Origin: a phage
NCBI GenBank assembly: GCA_022520065.1
Contig: GCA_022520065.1_3942.1
Direction: 5' to 3' (one strand)
Length of the DNA: 64,000 nucleotides
A program made the position numbers and the translations under genes. The notes beneath the pieces were generated by a model. It saw only the letters and a list, made by a program, of their open reading frames with translations. It was not told the origin of the DNA and did not search any database. Within the stretch, counting starts at the first letter, position 1; the number at the start of each line of letters is the position of its first letter. Shown here one piece after another: positions 31,792-41,449 of this stretch.

Positions 31792-32183
31792 TTAAGTTGA
31801 GCCAAAAACAGTTAGAGTGGATTAAAGATTATGCCTTAGAGTGTGGCTCTTGTGAAAAGAATCACGTAAGATACTCAACATTCCACACGGTCTTCACATT
31901 GTATATCGGCGACAATGTTCTAAGTGATTCTGTAGAAGATGGTGTAGCATTGCCTAATGAATTGCTTGACAAATTAGCTGTAGTCACTGGAACTTGGTCT
32001 GAAGAAGATGGTCACGAACTATCTGATGATGTTGTCTTCTACAGTCTTGAAAACATCATGAATCCAGAGTACATTATGCTAATGACTTGCGCACAAGATT
32101 GTGTACCATTACAAAACTTCATTAAAGAGCACTGTGAAGAATTTATTACTAAACAGGTTCCTTGTCAGGTGGTGTTTGAATGA
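31788..32183 (+). CDS. hypothetical protein
   Basis: 131-aa ORF, ATGA overlap. Confidence 0.45.
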   Translation: MIKLSQKQLEWIKDYALECGSCEKNHVRYSTFHTVFTLYIGDNVLSDSVEDGVALPNELLDKLAVVTGTWSEEDGHELSDDVVFYSLENIMNPEYIMLMTCAQDCVPLQNFIKEHCEEFITKQVPCQVVFE

Positions 32184-32479
32184 GTAAAACAATTCGAAGA
32201 AAAGGTTTAAAGAACGTTCATGGACTTTATGAGTGGAGAAATGAGGTACGTAACAGAGAAAATGCTTCAGATGTCTACTTCCATTCTGATATGATGTCCA
32301 GAAAAGGTGGCTCTTATGACTTTACAAGTCAGCCTTGTAGAGAGATTAAGAAGGCTACTAAACGTCTTACAAGAACACAAATAAGGCAGCTTTCTAAGAC
32401 ATCCTTCTTAGATGAAGACTTTGACATTGACAGTAAGTCTCCGAAGAAAGCTGCTAAGAACACTTATATGTATTGGTGA
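32180..32479 (+). CDS. hypothetical protein
   Basis: 99-aa ORF. Confidence 0.45.
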   Translation: MSKTIRRKGLKNVHGLYEWRNEVRNRENASDVYFHSDMMSRKGGSYDFTSQPCREIKKATKRLTRTQIRQLSKTSFLDEDFDIDSKSPKKAAKNTYMYW

Positions 32480-32488
32480 GGTAACTAG

Positions 32489-32974
32489 ATGAATTACATG
32501 GAGATTCGACCATTTGACACAGCTAATGGTGAAGGGGTTCGTGTAAGCCTCTTCGTAGCTGGTTGTAAGCATCACTGTGAAGGCTGCTTTAATAAGGAAT
32601 CTTGGAAGTTTAATGCTGGTAAAGAGTTCACTTATGCAAACCTTTATGGCATCATTAAGTTAATGGATGATAATGCCATCAGTGGGCTGTCAATACTTGG
32701 TGGAGAACCTCTAGATGATAGAAATATTCAAGAGGTTACCAACATATGCAAACGTATTAAAACCGTTTACCCAGAAAAATCTATCTGGCTCTGGACAGGT
32801 TTTCAGTTACATGAAAAAATTCACCTTGATGTGATGAAATATGTTGACGTGGTGATTGATGGTAAGTATGATTCATCTAAACCAACAGTTAAACCGTATC
32901 GTGGTTCAGATAACCAAAACCTCTGGAGAAAAGAGTACGGATGGCAAGGTGATTGTCAGTGGAGAGCAGAGTGA
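32489..32974 (+). CDS. nrdG: anaerobic RNR activating enzyme (radical SAM)
   Basis: CKHHCEGC (CxxxCxxC) and GGEP motifs. Confidence 0.8.
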   Translation: MNYMEIRPFDTANGEGVRVSLFVAGCKHHCEGCFNKESWKFNAGKEFTYANLYGIIKLMDDNAISGLSILGGEPLDDRNIQEVTNICKRIKTVYPEKSIWLWTGFQLHEKIHLDVMKYVDVVIDGKYDSSKPTVKPYRGSDNQNLWRKEYGWQGDCQWRAE

Positions 32975-33070
32975 TTATTCTGGCAAATGGACTAAGGTAT
33001 AACTCCAATTGGTATCACTGAAGAAGAACTTCATAAGTCCTGTATTAAACTTTAATGAGAGAGACTAAAA

Positions 33071-33337
33071 ATGGGAATTTTAGGTAATATGAAAGTTGGA
33101 TTCTTGAAGGCACTGGAAAAAGCAGCAGCAATTGTTTCTATGACTGGAAAGCAGGTCGGTGTAGATGCTTCAGCGGTTGCACAGGTTCTTGCAAGCCAAA
33201 TTGAACAGCAGCCTTACATCTACGTAGGACGTGGTAAAGGTGGTAAGAAACAAGCCCACCGCCAATCTGGTGCAGCAGCTATTAAACGAGCAGCTAAGAA
33301 AGCTCGTAACCGTAAACGTAACAAGAAGGTTAAATAA
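33071..33337 (+). CDS. small basic protein
   Basis: Lys/Arg-rich C-terminus. Confidence 0.4.
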   Translation: MGILGNMKVGFLKALEKAAAIVSMTGKQVGVDASAVAQVLASQIEQQPYIYVGRGKGGKKQAHRQSGAAAIKRAAKKARNRKRNKKVK

Positions 33338-33339
33338 CC

Positions 33340-33660
33340 ATGAGCAAAGTTTATAACACTCGTAAATTACAGATTTTCGTACTGTGCCAGTTTATGGCTA
33401 AAGAATACAACTTCTACTATTGTGGTACAGGTTTTATTAGCGATGATGATGGCTCATACCTCCCATTCAAAGAGGCTGTAAAACTCTTCAATGAAGAGAA
33501 AAGTTCTAAGAAAGATATTGAAAAGGTTAAGCTAACCTACAGCAAGAAAGATAAGAAGATTATCTGCCTAGATAACTTTGTGAAAGTTACTGGAGAAGCA
33601 AAAGAGTTTATGGATGAGAGTGAGATTTCATTCACAAGCATCTTGAAAGTAGCTCAGTAA
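33340..33660 (+). CDS. hypothetical protein
   Basis: 106-aa ORF. Confidence 0.4.
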   Translation: MSKVYNTRKLQIFVLCQFMAKEYNFYYCGTGFISDDDGSYLPFKEAVKLFNEEKSSKKDIEKVKLTYSKKDKKIICLDNFVKVTGEAKEFMDESEISFTSILKVAQ

Positions 33661-33711
33661 ACAGATACTATAAGGGGACTGTAAAGGTTCCCTTTTTATT
33701 TTGGAGGTAAA

Positions 33712-34227
33712 ATGTATCTGTCAAACCTGAAACGTTCGGTTGCAATGTCAGTTCTAAGACTCAGCTTTGATGAGCGTCAAGAGTTTATAGACTCCCACAA
33801 ATATGACCCTTCAAATTCTAATCACATGGTTCTTTGGAATCGTGATAACTTCCGTGAAAGAGCACTTGTCCGTTATTACCCACACTACACAATAGATAAC
33901 CTGTATGAATGGTGTGTTGTGAAGAACACCATTGCAACACTGAACAATCTTTGCAGGTATACGGGTAAGCAAACATTTACATTAGGTCATCACAAACCTG
34001 TTACAAAAGGTGGTGAACATCACTGTGCAAACTGGTTTATCCAAACTAAAGCTGATAACCAGAAGCAAGGAGATAGCCTCCTAAGTATCCCTAAGATGAC
34101 CTATGAAGAGCAAGAGAAATATATCAAAAATAATATGCCAGATGTGCTTGACAACAACTATACAGATTTGGCAATATCTCTCCTGTTGAAGTTCGAGACA
34201 GTTTATAGGGCAACTTATAATGGCTAA
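33712..34227 (+). CDS. putative HNH endonuclease
   Basis: HHKPVTKGGEHHCANW ... N..KQGD resembles HNH motif; weak. Confidence 0.4.
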   Translation: MYLSNLKRSVAMSVLRLSFDERQEFIDSHKYDPSNSNHMVLWNRDNFRERALVRYYPHYTIDNLYEWCVVKNTIATLNNLCRYTGKQTFTLGHHKPVTKGGEHHCANWFIQTKADNQKQGDSLLSIPKMTYEEQEKYIKNNMPDVLDNNYTDLAISLLLKFETVYRATYNG

Positions 34228-34498
34228 AGAAAAGTGGGAGATTTTACCATTAGTCAGTGAAGGAGGTAATGGTTGTGAAATGTACATGATACGTGGTCAT
34301 GTTCCAGAGCCAATTGCACTTGAGATGGTAAACAACTTTACAGATGGTTCTTACAAAGACTTAGGCGAACCAACTGTCAAGCAACAATGGGTTAAACCTG
34401 TACCAGACAGCACAGGTAACTGTAGTGTACTTTATCACGTTGTAGACCCTGCAAAATGCAAATCTGCAATGGCAGTAACAAACGTAACTTTTGATTGA
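34220..34498 (+). CDS. hypothetical protein
   Basis: 92-aa ORF. Confidence 0.4.
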   Translation: MAKEKWEILPLVSEGGNGCEMYMIRGHVPEPIALEMVNNFTDGSYKDLGEPTVKQQWVKPVPDSTGNCSVLYHVVDPAKCKSAMAVTNVTFD

Positions 34499-35391
34499 GA
34501 GAGAAAACTATGAAAACATCTATCCGTGTTACAGTTCATTCACCAACTAAAGGAACTCATGAAGAAGAGTTTAACATCATCCAATTTCCTTCTGGTGAGA
34601 TTGGTGGACACTTTTCGCCAGAGTTTGTTGATTTCACTGCTTATGCAGCATCATCCATCAACAATGTGATTATGATTGTAAAAGGTTATGATAAGGACAC
34701 TTTGTTTGCTGTGGCACTTGCTAAAGAAGCAATTGATGATTTAATTCCTCATGATTATGCTTTAAAGACTGTCATCTTTTACTACTTACCAAATGCACGT
34801 TATGACCGTCACATGTTTAAAGGCGACGCAGCAGCTTTAAAGGTTTTTGCTAAACAGATTAATGCAATGGGATTTGGCGCAGTCTGTGCAGTTGACCCTC
34901 ACAGCTATGTACCAGATAACCTGTTTAACTGCTTCCAGAGTATTCCTCAAAAGGAAATTGCAGTCCACTATGCAAATGACCCACTGATTGATTACTTAGT
35001 AGCCCCAGATGCAGGTGCTGCTAAGAAGATTGCAGAGACTGCTAAAGAGGTGGATAAACCATACATCACAATGTCTAAAGTGCGTAACCTTAAGACTGGT
35101 GAAATTACTGGTATGCGAATCCTTGATGATGTTGATTTGACAGATAAAACCGTCATGATTCTGGATGACATCTGTGATGGTGGTCGAACCTTCATAGAAG
35201 CAGCTAAGCATCTTCGTGAAGCAGGTGCAAAACGTGTGGAACTCTATGTAACACATGGTATCTTCTCTAAAGATGTTGAAAACCTTCTTGACAATGGCAT
35301 TGACCACATCTACACTACAAACTCTTTAGGGGAAGCTAAAGACCGTGGCTTAACACATTATAGCCAAGTTACTGTAGCAAACCTTGATTAA
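34495..35391 (+). CDS. PRPP synthetase-like pyrophosphokinase (Prs/Adps-like)
   Basis: PRPP-binding-type motif VMILDDICDGGRTF; paired with NAMPT-like gene. Confidence 0.7.
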   Translation: MREKTMKTSIRVTVHSPTKGTHEEEFNIIQFPSGEIGGHFSPEFVDFTAYAASSINNVIMIVKGYDKDTLFAVALAKEAIDDLIPHDYALKTVIFYYLPNARYDRHMFKGDAAALKVFAKQINAMGFGAVCAVDPHSYVPDNLFNCFQSIPQKEIAVHYANDPLIDYLVAPDAGAAKKIAETAKEVDKPYITMSKVRNLKTGEITGMRILDDVDLTDKTVMILDDICDGGRTFIEAAKHLREAGAKRVELYVTHGIFSKDVENLLDNGIDHIYTTNSLGEAKDRGLTHYSQVTVANLD

Positions 35392-35400
35392 AACTTTATA

Positions 35401-35421
35401 GGGGCTTAAAAGCCCCATTTT
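35401..35421 (+). terminator. hairpin with weak T-run
   Basis: GGGGCT-taaa-AGCCCC followed by ATTTT. Confidence 0.35.
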
Positions 35422-35436
35422 GAGAGAGATTAAAAG

Positions 35437-37218
35437 ATGACTAAATCACTTTATGCAGTACCAGCAGGTTTAAATGCAGATGCTTACAAATCTGGTCATG
35501 TTTACCAGTATCCTAGTGCAACAGAATATTTGATGTTCAACCTGACACCACGTAGCGACAAATGGTTTAACAGTCCATTAGCAATTGATGGTGTAGTCGC
35601 TTTTGGTATTCAACGTTTTGTTAAAGATTACTTGATAGACCACTGGAATGCTACGTTCTTTGAACGTGACAAAAAAGAAGCAATTGACGAAATCTTAGAA
35701 GTCATGAATGGTGTTCTGGGCAAAGATGCTATCGGTCGAGAGCATTGGGAAGCACTTCACGACTTAGGTTATCTACCAGTTGAAGTATACGCTGTAGAAG
35801 AAGGCACAGTTGTCCCTATGCGTGTTCCGATGATTGTTTTCCAGAACACTGTTTCAGGTTTCCATTGGGTAGCAGGTTATCTGGAAGATGCTTTCTCTGC
35901 TGAGATTTGGAAGGCTTGTACCATTGCAACTATTGCATTGCACTACAAACGTATCTGTAAGAAGTGGGCTGACCTTACTTGTGACAACGACTTGCATTTG
36001 CCTTATCAGTGCCATGACTTTGCTATGCGTGGTATGTCCGGCTTTACTGATGACGCATTTAACGCTGTAGGCCACTTAACCAGCTTTAAAGGAACTGATA
36101 GCTTCCCTGCTGTGTATACGGCTAAACGAATCTATGGACAGTCCTACCCAATCTCTGATATTGGTAGCTCTGTACCAGCCACTGAGCACTCTGTAATGTG
36201 TGCAAACATTGCTTGGGAAGGTGGTAATGAGTTGATTGAAGAAGAAAGACGCTTTAAAGGTGAGTTACAAACCTTCCGTCGTTTCTTAACAGAAACTTAC
36301 CCAACTGGTATTGCAAGTATTGTTTCAGATACTTATAACTTCTGGAGAACTGTGTCAGAAATCTTACCAGCACTCCGTAAAGAAATTATGGAACGTGACG
36401 GTAAACTGGTAATTCGTCCTGACTCTGGAGACCCTGTACATATTGTCACAGGGTACAAAGCAATCCATTTAGAGTGTGCTAAAAAGTCTTATTACGAACA
36501 CTTAAGCAAGCTTGAAGCCAGCGACACAATGTTGAATGCTGTTCTGAACATGAAGCTTGAAAACATCAATTATGGTATTGCTGGATGGCTACTGTCAGAA
36601 GGCTACGAAATGGTTGTTGACAGAGAAGACTTTGAAGTTGCTGATACAGTGCTGTTGAAAAACGCATATATGGTTGGTTCTGCAAACGTTGTAACACGTC
36701 CTGTAGCAGAGATTGATGGAGCTATTAAGACCTTGTATAACATCTTTGGAGGAACTATCAACTCTAAAGGTTTTAAGGTACTGGATGAACATATCGGCCT
36801 TATCTATGGTGACTCTATCACGTTGGAACGTGCAAACGAAATCCTGAAGCGTCTGTATGAAATGGGGTTTGCAAGCTCTAACGTGGTGTTTGGTGTAGGC
36901 TCTTACACTTACCAGTACATGACTCGTGACACCTTTGCATTTGCTGTCAAAGCAACTCTTGCAAGCATTGGTGGCAAAGAGATTATGCTTGCAAAAGACC
37001 CTAAAACAGATAGTGGTGTTAAGAAATCTGCCTTTGGTGGTGTAGCGCCTATGTGGGATGGTGATAAGTTGAAAGCTGTAGATGGCTACGGATTCCAGAG
37101 TTTTGCAGATGTACTTGACCACCCAGCTTGTGCTTTACGTTTAGTCTTTAGTGACTCTGAGCAGTTTGGTTACACAACTCTTGGTGATATTCGAAATAAT
37201 ATTGACAAGCAGCTTTAA
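35437..37218 (+). CDS. nicotinamide phosphoribosyltransferase-like enzyme (NAMPT/Namat-like)
   Basis: 593 aa; NAMPT-like GTDS motif (HLTSFKGTDSFPAV), family-level match by memory. Confidence 0.7.
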   Translation: MTKSLYAVPAGLNADAYKSGHVYQYPSATEYLMFNLTPRSDKWFNSPLAIDGVVAFGIQRFVKDYLIDHWNATFFERDKKEAIDEILEVMNGVLGKDAIGREHWEALHDLGYLPVEVYAVEEGTVVPMRVPMIVFQNTVSGFHWVAGYLEDAFSAEIWKACTIATIALHYKRICKKWADLTCDNDLHLPYQCHDFAMRGMSGFTDDAFNAVGHLTSFKGTDSFPAVYTAKRIYGQSYPISDIGSSVPATEHSVMCANIAWEGGNELIEEERRFKGELQTFRRFLTETYPTGIASIVSDTYNFWRTVSEILPALRKEIMERDGKLVIRPDSGDPVHIVTGYKAIHLECAKKSYYEHLSKLEASDTMLNAVLNMKLENINYGIAGWLLSEGYEMVVDREDFEVADTVLLKNAYMVGSANVVTRPVAEIDGAIKTLYNIFGGTINSKGFKVLDEHIGLIYGDSITLERANEILKRLYEMGFASSNVVFGVGSYTYQYMTRDTFAFAVKATLASIGGKEIMLAKDPKTDSGVKKSAFGGVAPMWDGDKLKAVDGYGFQSFADVLDHPACALRLVFSDSEQFGYTTLGDIRNNIDKQL

Positions 37219-37232
37219 AAGTATATGATAAG

Positions 37233-37254
37233 AGGCTCCTACGGGAGCCTTTTT
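37233..37254 (+). terminator. intrinsic terminator
   Basis: AGGCTCC-tacg-GGAGCCT followed by TTTT. Confidence 0.6.
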
Positions 37255-37271
37255 AATTTCTGGAGAAAACT

Positions 37272-37607
37272 ATGAAAATCAAAGAGATGAACATCAACAT
37301 TGTCTTAGAAGAACGTTGGGAGAACATCAATAAGCCTGAAGATGGCCATAAGTTTCTTAACAAAATTTTAGTAGCAGCTAAAGAAGAACTGACTGGCAAG
37401 GTCGCAGCAGCAATTACAATAAAGGTCTGCGTAAAAGGTCTTCCAGACAATCACCAATTTGCGCTTGACGAGTTTAAAAAAAGCTTCTACAATCCAAACA
37501 AACAGATACTTGAAAGTAACTTTGCAGTATCTACAAGTATCGTCCATGACAGAAGCTTTATCCTTTACAAGAATATGAGAGGTGAGTCATGCAAGCATAT
37601 TGGATAG
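37272..37607 (+). CDS. hypothetical protein
   Basis: 111-aa ORF. Confidence 0.45.
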   Translation: MKIKEMNINIVLEERWENINKPEDGHKFLNKILVAAKEELTGKVAAAITIKVCVKGLPDNHQFALDEFKKSFYNPNKQILESNFAVSTSIVHDRSFILYKNMRGESCKHIG

Positions 37608-37765
37608 AAATTTTACTGTCACTTGGTAGTGTAGCAGTATTTGTTTACCTCCTTTGTAAGTACTTTGCAGAGCACAAAAAATGTGACTACTGTAATGGAG
37701 AGGGGTACATAAGGGCAGGATGTTGCCCTATGTGTGGTGGTTCTGGTAAAATGTTTAACAAGTAA
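37589..37765 (+). CDS. small membrane protein with DnaJ-type CxxCxGxG zinc finger (not in track)
   Basis: 58 codons; hydrophobic N-terminus then CDYCNGEG...CPMCGGSG; GAGAGG RBS. Confidence 0.35.
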   Translation: MQAYWIEILLSLGSVAVFVYLLCKYFAEHKKCDYCNGEGYIRAGCCPMCGGSGKMFNK

Positions 37766-37793
37766 TTTAACAGTAAACTAAGAGGAAAGTATT

Positions 37794-40160
37794 ATGCGCA
37801 TGGTAAACGACCACGCAGAAGTGATTAAGAGTTCAACTTCTTTAGAGACGTCTCAAGCACAGATTACAATGACACCTGAAATGTTCAGCCTTTTGAGTTC
37901 TGGTGTATATACCTTTAAAGAAAGGGCAGTGATTCGTGAACTGTCATGTAACGCAGTAGATGCTCAGAAAGAGGCTGGAAAAGAGAACATCCCGTTCCAT
38001 GTGCATTTACCTACTCGTTTTGAGCCTTACTTTGAAGTTCGTGATTTTGGAACTGGATTGACTCATGATAAAGTTATGAGTTTGTACCTAAACTATGGGG
38101 CTTCTACGAAGAATGACTCTAATGACTACATTGGTGCAATGGGTATCGGCTCAAAATCACCATTTGCAATTGCTCAGTCATTCACAGTGTCTAGCTATGT
38201 TGACGGTGTTGTTAATAAGTACTCTGTTTATCTTGAGAATGGTATCCCTCAAGTAACTAAGCTGACCACTAACCCAACAAAAGAACCTAATGGTTTAGCT
38301 GTACGTGTGGCAGTTGCTGACCACCGTATTTCAAAGTTCTTTGAAGAGGCTGGTAATGTATACTCATACTTTGCTGTAAAACCAGAGAGTAATGTGGAGT
38401 ATAATGATATATTAGCAGATATGGATGTGATTGCTCGTGAAGAAGGTGTCTATGATGCCATGACTCATAAGCATAGCTGGCGTTCAAGCAGCAATAGAAC
38501 AGAGTTTAACGTGGTTATGGGTAATATTGCCTACCCAGTTAATATGGAGGCATTACTTGGTGATGATTTCTTCAAAGTATTACCAGAATTTTTCCGCAGG
38601 AGCATAGACCTTGTAAACATCTACATGCCTATTGGTTCAGTTGCTATTGCAGCTTCTCGTGAAGCATTGCAGATGAATGACACGACAAAAAATGTTATCA
38701 TCGAGGCTACTAAAAAGATAACTGAAGCAATTACAAAGGATGTTATCAAGAAAGTTAATAGTCAACCTACACTCATGGATGCTGCACAGGCTTATGCTGA
38801 GTTACGCTTGAACTCACGAGAGATGTTTAATGTTGTGTGTCCAAAGCTAGAGTGGGGAGGTGTTAAGCTTGATTCTCTGGAAGAAGAATTACTAAACATT
38901 CGTCGTGGAATTATCTACGCAGAAGACGGCTCAGTCATTTACGAACGTGACGGTAAAGGTAATATTAAGGTTGATAGGAACGGGAACAATATCCCTAAAG
39001 TAGATTATCTTTATGACCCAGTTGCTTATGTCAAGTTCAACTCTTTAGAGAGTAAGATTCGTGCAACATCGCTTTCCTACACTCAAGAGGCAAGTATGTT
39101 CAATATCTTTGGCGCAATGCGTAAAAGCCAAATTGAACAGTTTTTGTTTGTTATAAATGACCGTCGCAATAAAAACGGTACTGAGAAGACTGTAGGACGC
39201 AATCAAATCTTGCGTGGTGCATGTCGAGACTATGCCAGTGAGTCGAACCTGTTTCACAGATACAATGGTATTGTCTTTGTATTCTCGACTGAAAAAGAGC
39301 TAGATGACTTAATCAATCTACACAAACTTGATAAAAGCTTGTTAAAGATTGTGAAGATGTCTGATAAGGAACACCATTATCAGCGTAAAGAAGCTGTAAG
39401 AGGTGTTGTAAAACTCTGGAAAGCTGTTCCAGCAGAAGGTGTAGCTTCCTATAAAGAGGTTTCAGAGGACTTTGATACAATTGAAGAGCCTCAACTTTAT
39501 ATCAAGGCAGTAGGCGACACTGTTGATGGCGAATGTTTTTGCTCATCTCCAGAAGATGTAGCTAAGTCAGTTGCCAATGTCATTGGGAAGACAGTCTATG
39601 TTTTCCGAAAAGCAAATTGGAAAAAGATACCAGAAGACTGGATTGAAGTAGATGAGAAACTCTTGAACGACAGTTTAACTGATGTTCATTGGATTAATCA
39701 TAACAGGTATATGACACGTATCTATATGAATGGTGTCCTTGACCTTACAAGCAGTTGGATTATTGCCAGAAACTTTACGTTCAATAACAGGAAGATTTCT
39801 CGTGGCTATTGTTATTCACGGGATACAAACAAAACTATCTTCTTAGAAGGTAATGAAGATGCTGTAGAGGCAATGTTTGGTAAAATCCAATACGTTGCTG
39901 CACCGTTTGCATATACTTACACTATTAGTAGGTTGCAAACTTTGAAAGACTGCCTTGACAATGATACAAAGCTGTACAAGAAAATTAAGAAAGCTGGTGA
40001 CCGCATGGTCATTAAGGTGACAAACTACCTTTCAAAAAGAAAACAAGAAAACTTCTTGCTTTCTCATTTAGATTGGAATAAAGTGTCACCCATCGAAGTG
40101 AGTAAGTTCTTAGGCTTTGATGTGAAGTGTGTTCCAGAAGGGACTACAATTTACGATTAA
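37794..40160 (+). CDS. rIIA: rIIA protein
   Basis: N-terminal segment FSLLSSGVYTFKERAVIRELSCNAVDA and NDYIGAMGIGSKSPF closely resemble T4 rIIA. Confidence 0.9.
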   Translation: MRMVNDHAEVIKSSTSLETSQAQITMTPEMFSLLSSGVYTFKERAVIRELSCNAVDAQKEAGKENIPFHVHLPTRFEPYFEVRDFGTGLTHDKVMSLYLNYGASTKNDSNDYIGAMGIGSKSPFAIAQSFTVSSYVDGVVNKYSVYLENGIPQVTKLTTNPTKEPNGLAVRVAVADHRISKFFEEAGNVYSYFAVKPESNVEYNDILADMDVIAREEGVYDAMTHKHSWRSSSNRTEFNVVMGNIAYPVNMEALLGDDFFKVLPEFFRRSIDLVNIYMPIGSVAIAASREALQMNDTTKNVIIEATKKITEAITKDVIKKVNSQPTLMDAAQAYAELRLNSREMFNVVCPKLEWGGVKLDSLEEELLNIRRGIIYAEDGSVIYERDGKGNIKVDRNGNNIPKVDYLYDPVAYVKFNSLESKIRATSLSYTQEASMFNIFGAMRKSQIEQFLFVINDRRNKNGTEKTVGRNQILRGACRDYASESNLFHRYNGIVFVFSTEKELDDLINLHKLDKSLLKIVKMSDKEHHYQRKEAVRGVVKLWKAVPAEGVASYKEVSEDFDTIEEPQLYIKAVGDTVDGECFCSSPEDVAKSVANVIGKTVYVFRKANWKKIPEDWIEVDEKLLNDSLTDVHWINHNRYMTRIYMNGVLDLTSSWIIARNFTFNNRKISRGYCYSRDTNKTIFLEGNEDAVEAMFGKIQYVAAPFAYTYTISRLQTLKDCLDNDTKLYKKIKKAGDRMVIKVTNYLSKRKQENFLLSHLDWNKVSPIEVSKFLGFDVKCVPEGTTIYD

Positions 40161-40166
40161 AGTGTT

Positions 40167-40196
40167 TGACAAGGGGCTTTGAAGCCCCTTAGAATA
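40167..40196 (+). promoter_or_regulatory. promoter-like TTGACA-N18-TAGAAT with palindrome in spacer
   Basis: Spacer is near-palindrome AGGGGCTT-tg-AAGCCCCT. Confidence 0.4.
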
Positions 40197-40239
40197 GCCT
40201 TACAAAATGATTTATTAACTAACAAGAGAGAGTAATAAG

Positions 40240-41349
40240 ATGACTACTAAAACTAAAGCACAGATTGACGCAGAAATTTACGAACTGGTTAAAGAAGGTA
40301 AGCTGACTAAAACAGCTATTGCACAGAAGTTCAATACCTCAACCCGTTCAGTTGGTCGTGCTGTAGAGCGTCATGAAGCAACCTTAAAAGGGAATAAGAA
40401 GGCAACTGCTGCACCAGCTACGAAGACTTTGAAACAAGTTGCTAAGACTTTTAAAAAGAAAGCTGGCAAACCAGTTGAAAAGGTTGTTAAAGATGCTGTA
40501 CAGAAAGCTCCAGTAAATAAACTGCATGAAGCTATGCAGAAAGATGACAAGATTGAGTACATGATTACTGGCGACTCTGTAATTATGACTTACGGTTCAG
40601 AGTCTGAAATTGTTGAATCTACTCATCCGAACTATCAAGAGATTGTAGTTCATGTTGTGAAAGGTGAGTTTAAGAAAGCCTTTGAACTGATGAACATTCG
40701 TAAGTCTATCGAAAACTTCACTCAGGGTGCTATCACAATCAAAGGTGACAAACTATTCTACGGTGCTGTTGAGATGCGTTCTACTCTGGTTGACCGTATT
40801 CTTCACATGATGAAGACTGGAGATAAAGGTTTTGAACGCCTTGTAATGTTCTTTGAAAAACTGATGGAAAACCCATCTAAAGATTCTGTAGAACAACTTT
40901 GGGGCTTCGTATCTCACCTTGATGTTGAAATTGATGAAGAAGGTTACATCATCGGTTGGAAGAAAGTCTCTACTCGTGAAGGCAAGCTGGTTGACTCTCA
41001 CACCTACAAAGTACCTAATGATTTGGGTAACATTGTAGAAATGCCACGTTGGATGGTTGATAATAACCGTAACGTAACTTGCTCTCAAGGTCTTCATGTT
41101 GGTGCTTGGGATTACGTTCGTTGCTTCTCAGGTGATACAATCCTGAAGGTTCGTGTCCATCCACGAGATGTTGTATCTGTTCCAACTGATTACAACGATA
41201 TGAAGATGCGCTCATCCCGTTATGAAGTTGCAGCAATCGTTGATAATCATCGTAAAGTGCTGAAAGCGTGGGATGGTAAGACTGAAGCTTTGCATGTCAT
41301 CGTTGGTACTGCTGGTGAACTTATCTCTCAACGTAAACGTGAAATCTAA
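40240..41349 (+). CDS. rIIB: rIIB protein
   Basis: C-terminal VRVHPRDVVSVPTDYNDMKMRSSRYEV and CSQGLHV resemble T4 rIIB. Confidence 0.85.
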   Translation: MTTKTKAQIDAEIYELVKEGKLTKTAIAQKFNTSTRSVGRAVERHEATLKGNKKATAAPATKTLKQVAKTFKKKAGKPVEKVVKDAVQKAPVNKLHEAMQKDDKIEYMITGDSVIMTYGSESEIVESTHPNYQEIVVHVVKGEFKKAFELMNIRKSIENFTQGAITIKGDKLFYGAVEMRSTLVDRILHMMKTGDKGFERLVMFFEKLMENPSKDSVEQLWGFVSHLDVEIDEEGYIIGWKKVSTREGKLVDSHTYKVPNDLGNIVEMPRWMVDNNRNVTCSQGLHVGAWDYVRCFSGDTILKVRVHPRDVVSVPTDYNDMKMRSSRYEVAAIVDNHRKVLKAWDGKTEALHVIVGTAGELISQRKREI

Positions 41350-41366
41350 TAAGTAATTTCTTAAAA

Positions 41367-41388
41367 GGCTGCTCCGGCGGCCTTTTTT
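41367..41388 (+). terminator. intrinsic terminator
   Basis: GGCTGC-tccg-GCGGCC followed by TTTTTT. Confidence 0.6.
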
Positions 41389-41449
41389 ATTTGTATTTTG
41401 TGCAGAGTGCTGTATAATTGTTGTCACGATAAACTAAACAGGAGAACCA

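Noticed and set aside
36595-37122. Antisense or embedded ORFs inside large genes (for example 36595..37122, 14466..14888, 2745..3230, 40753..41097, 56594..56947)
   Set aside because: They lie opposite or out of frame within well-supported genes (NAMPT-like, DNA polymerase, tail fibre, rIIB) and have biased, repetitive translations typical of chance ORFs in AT-rich DNA.
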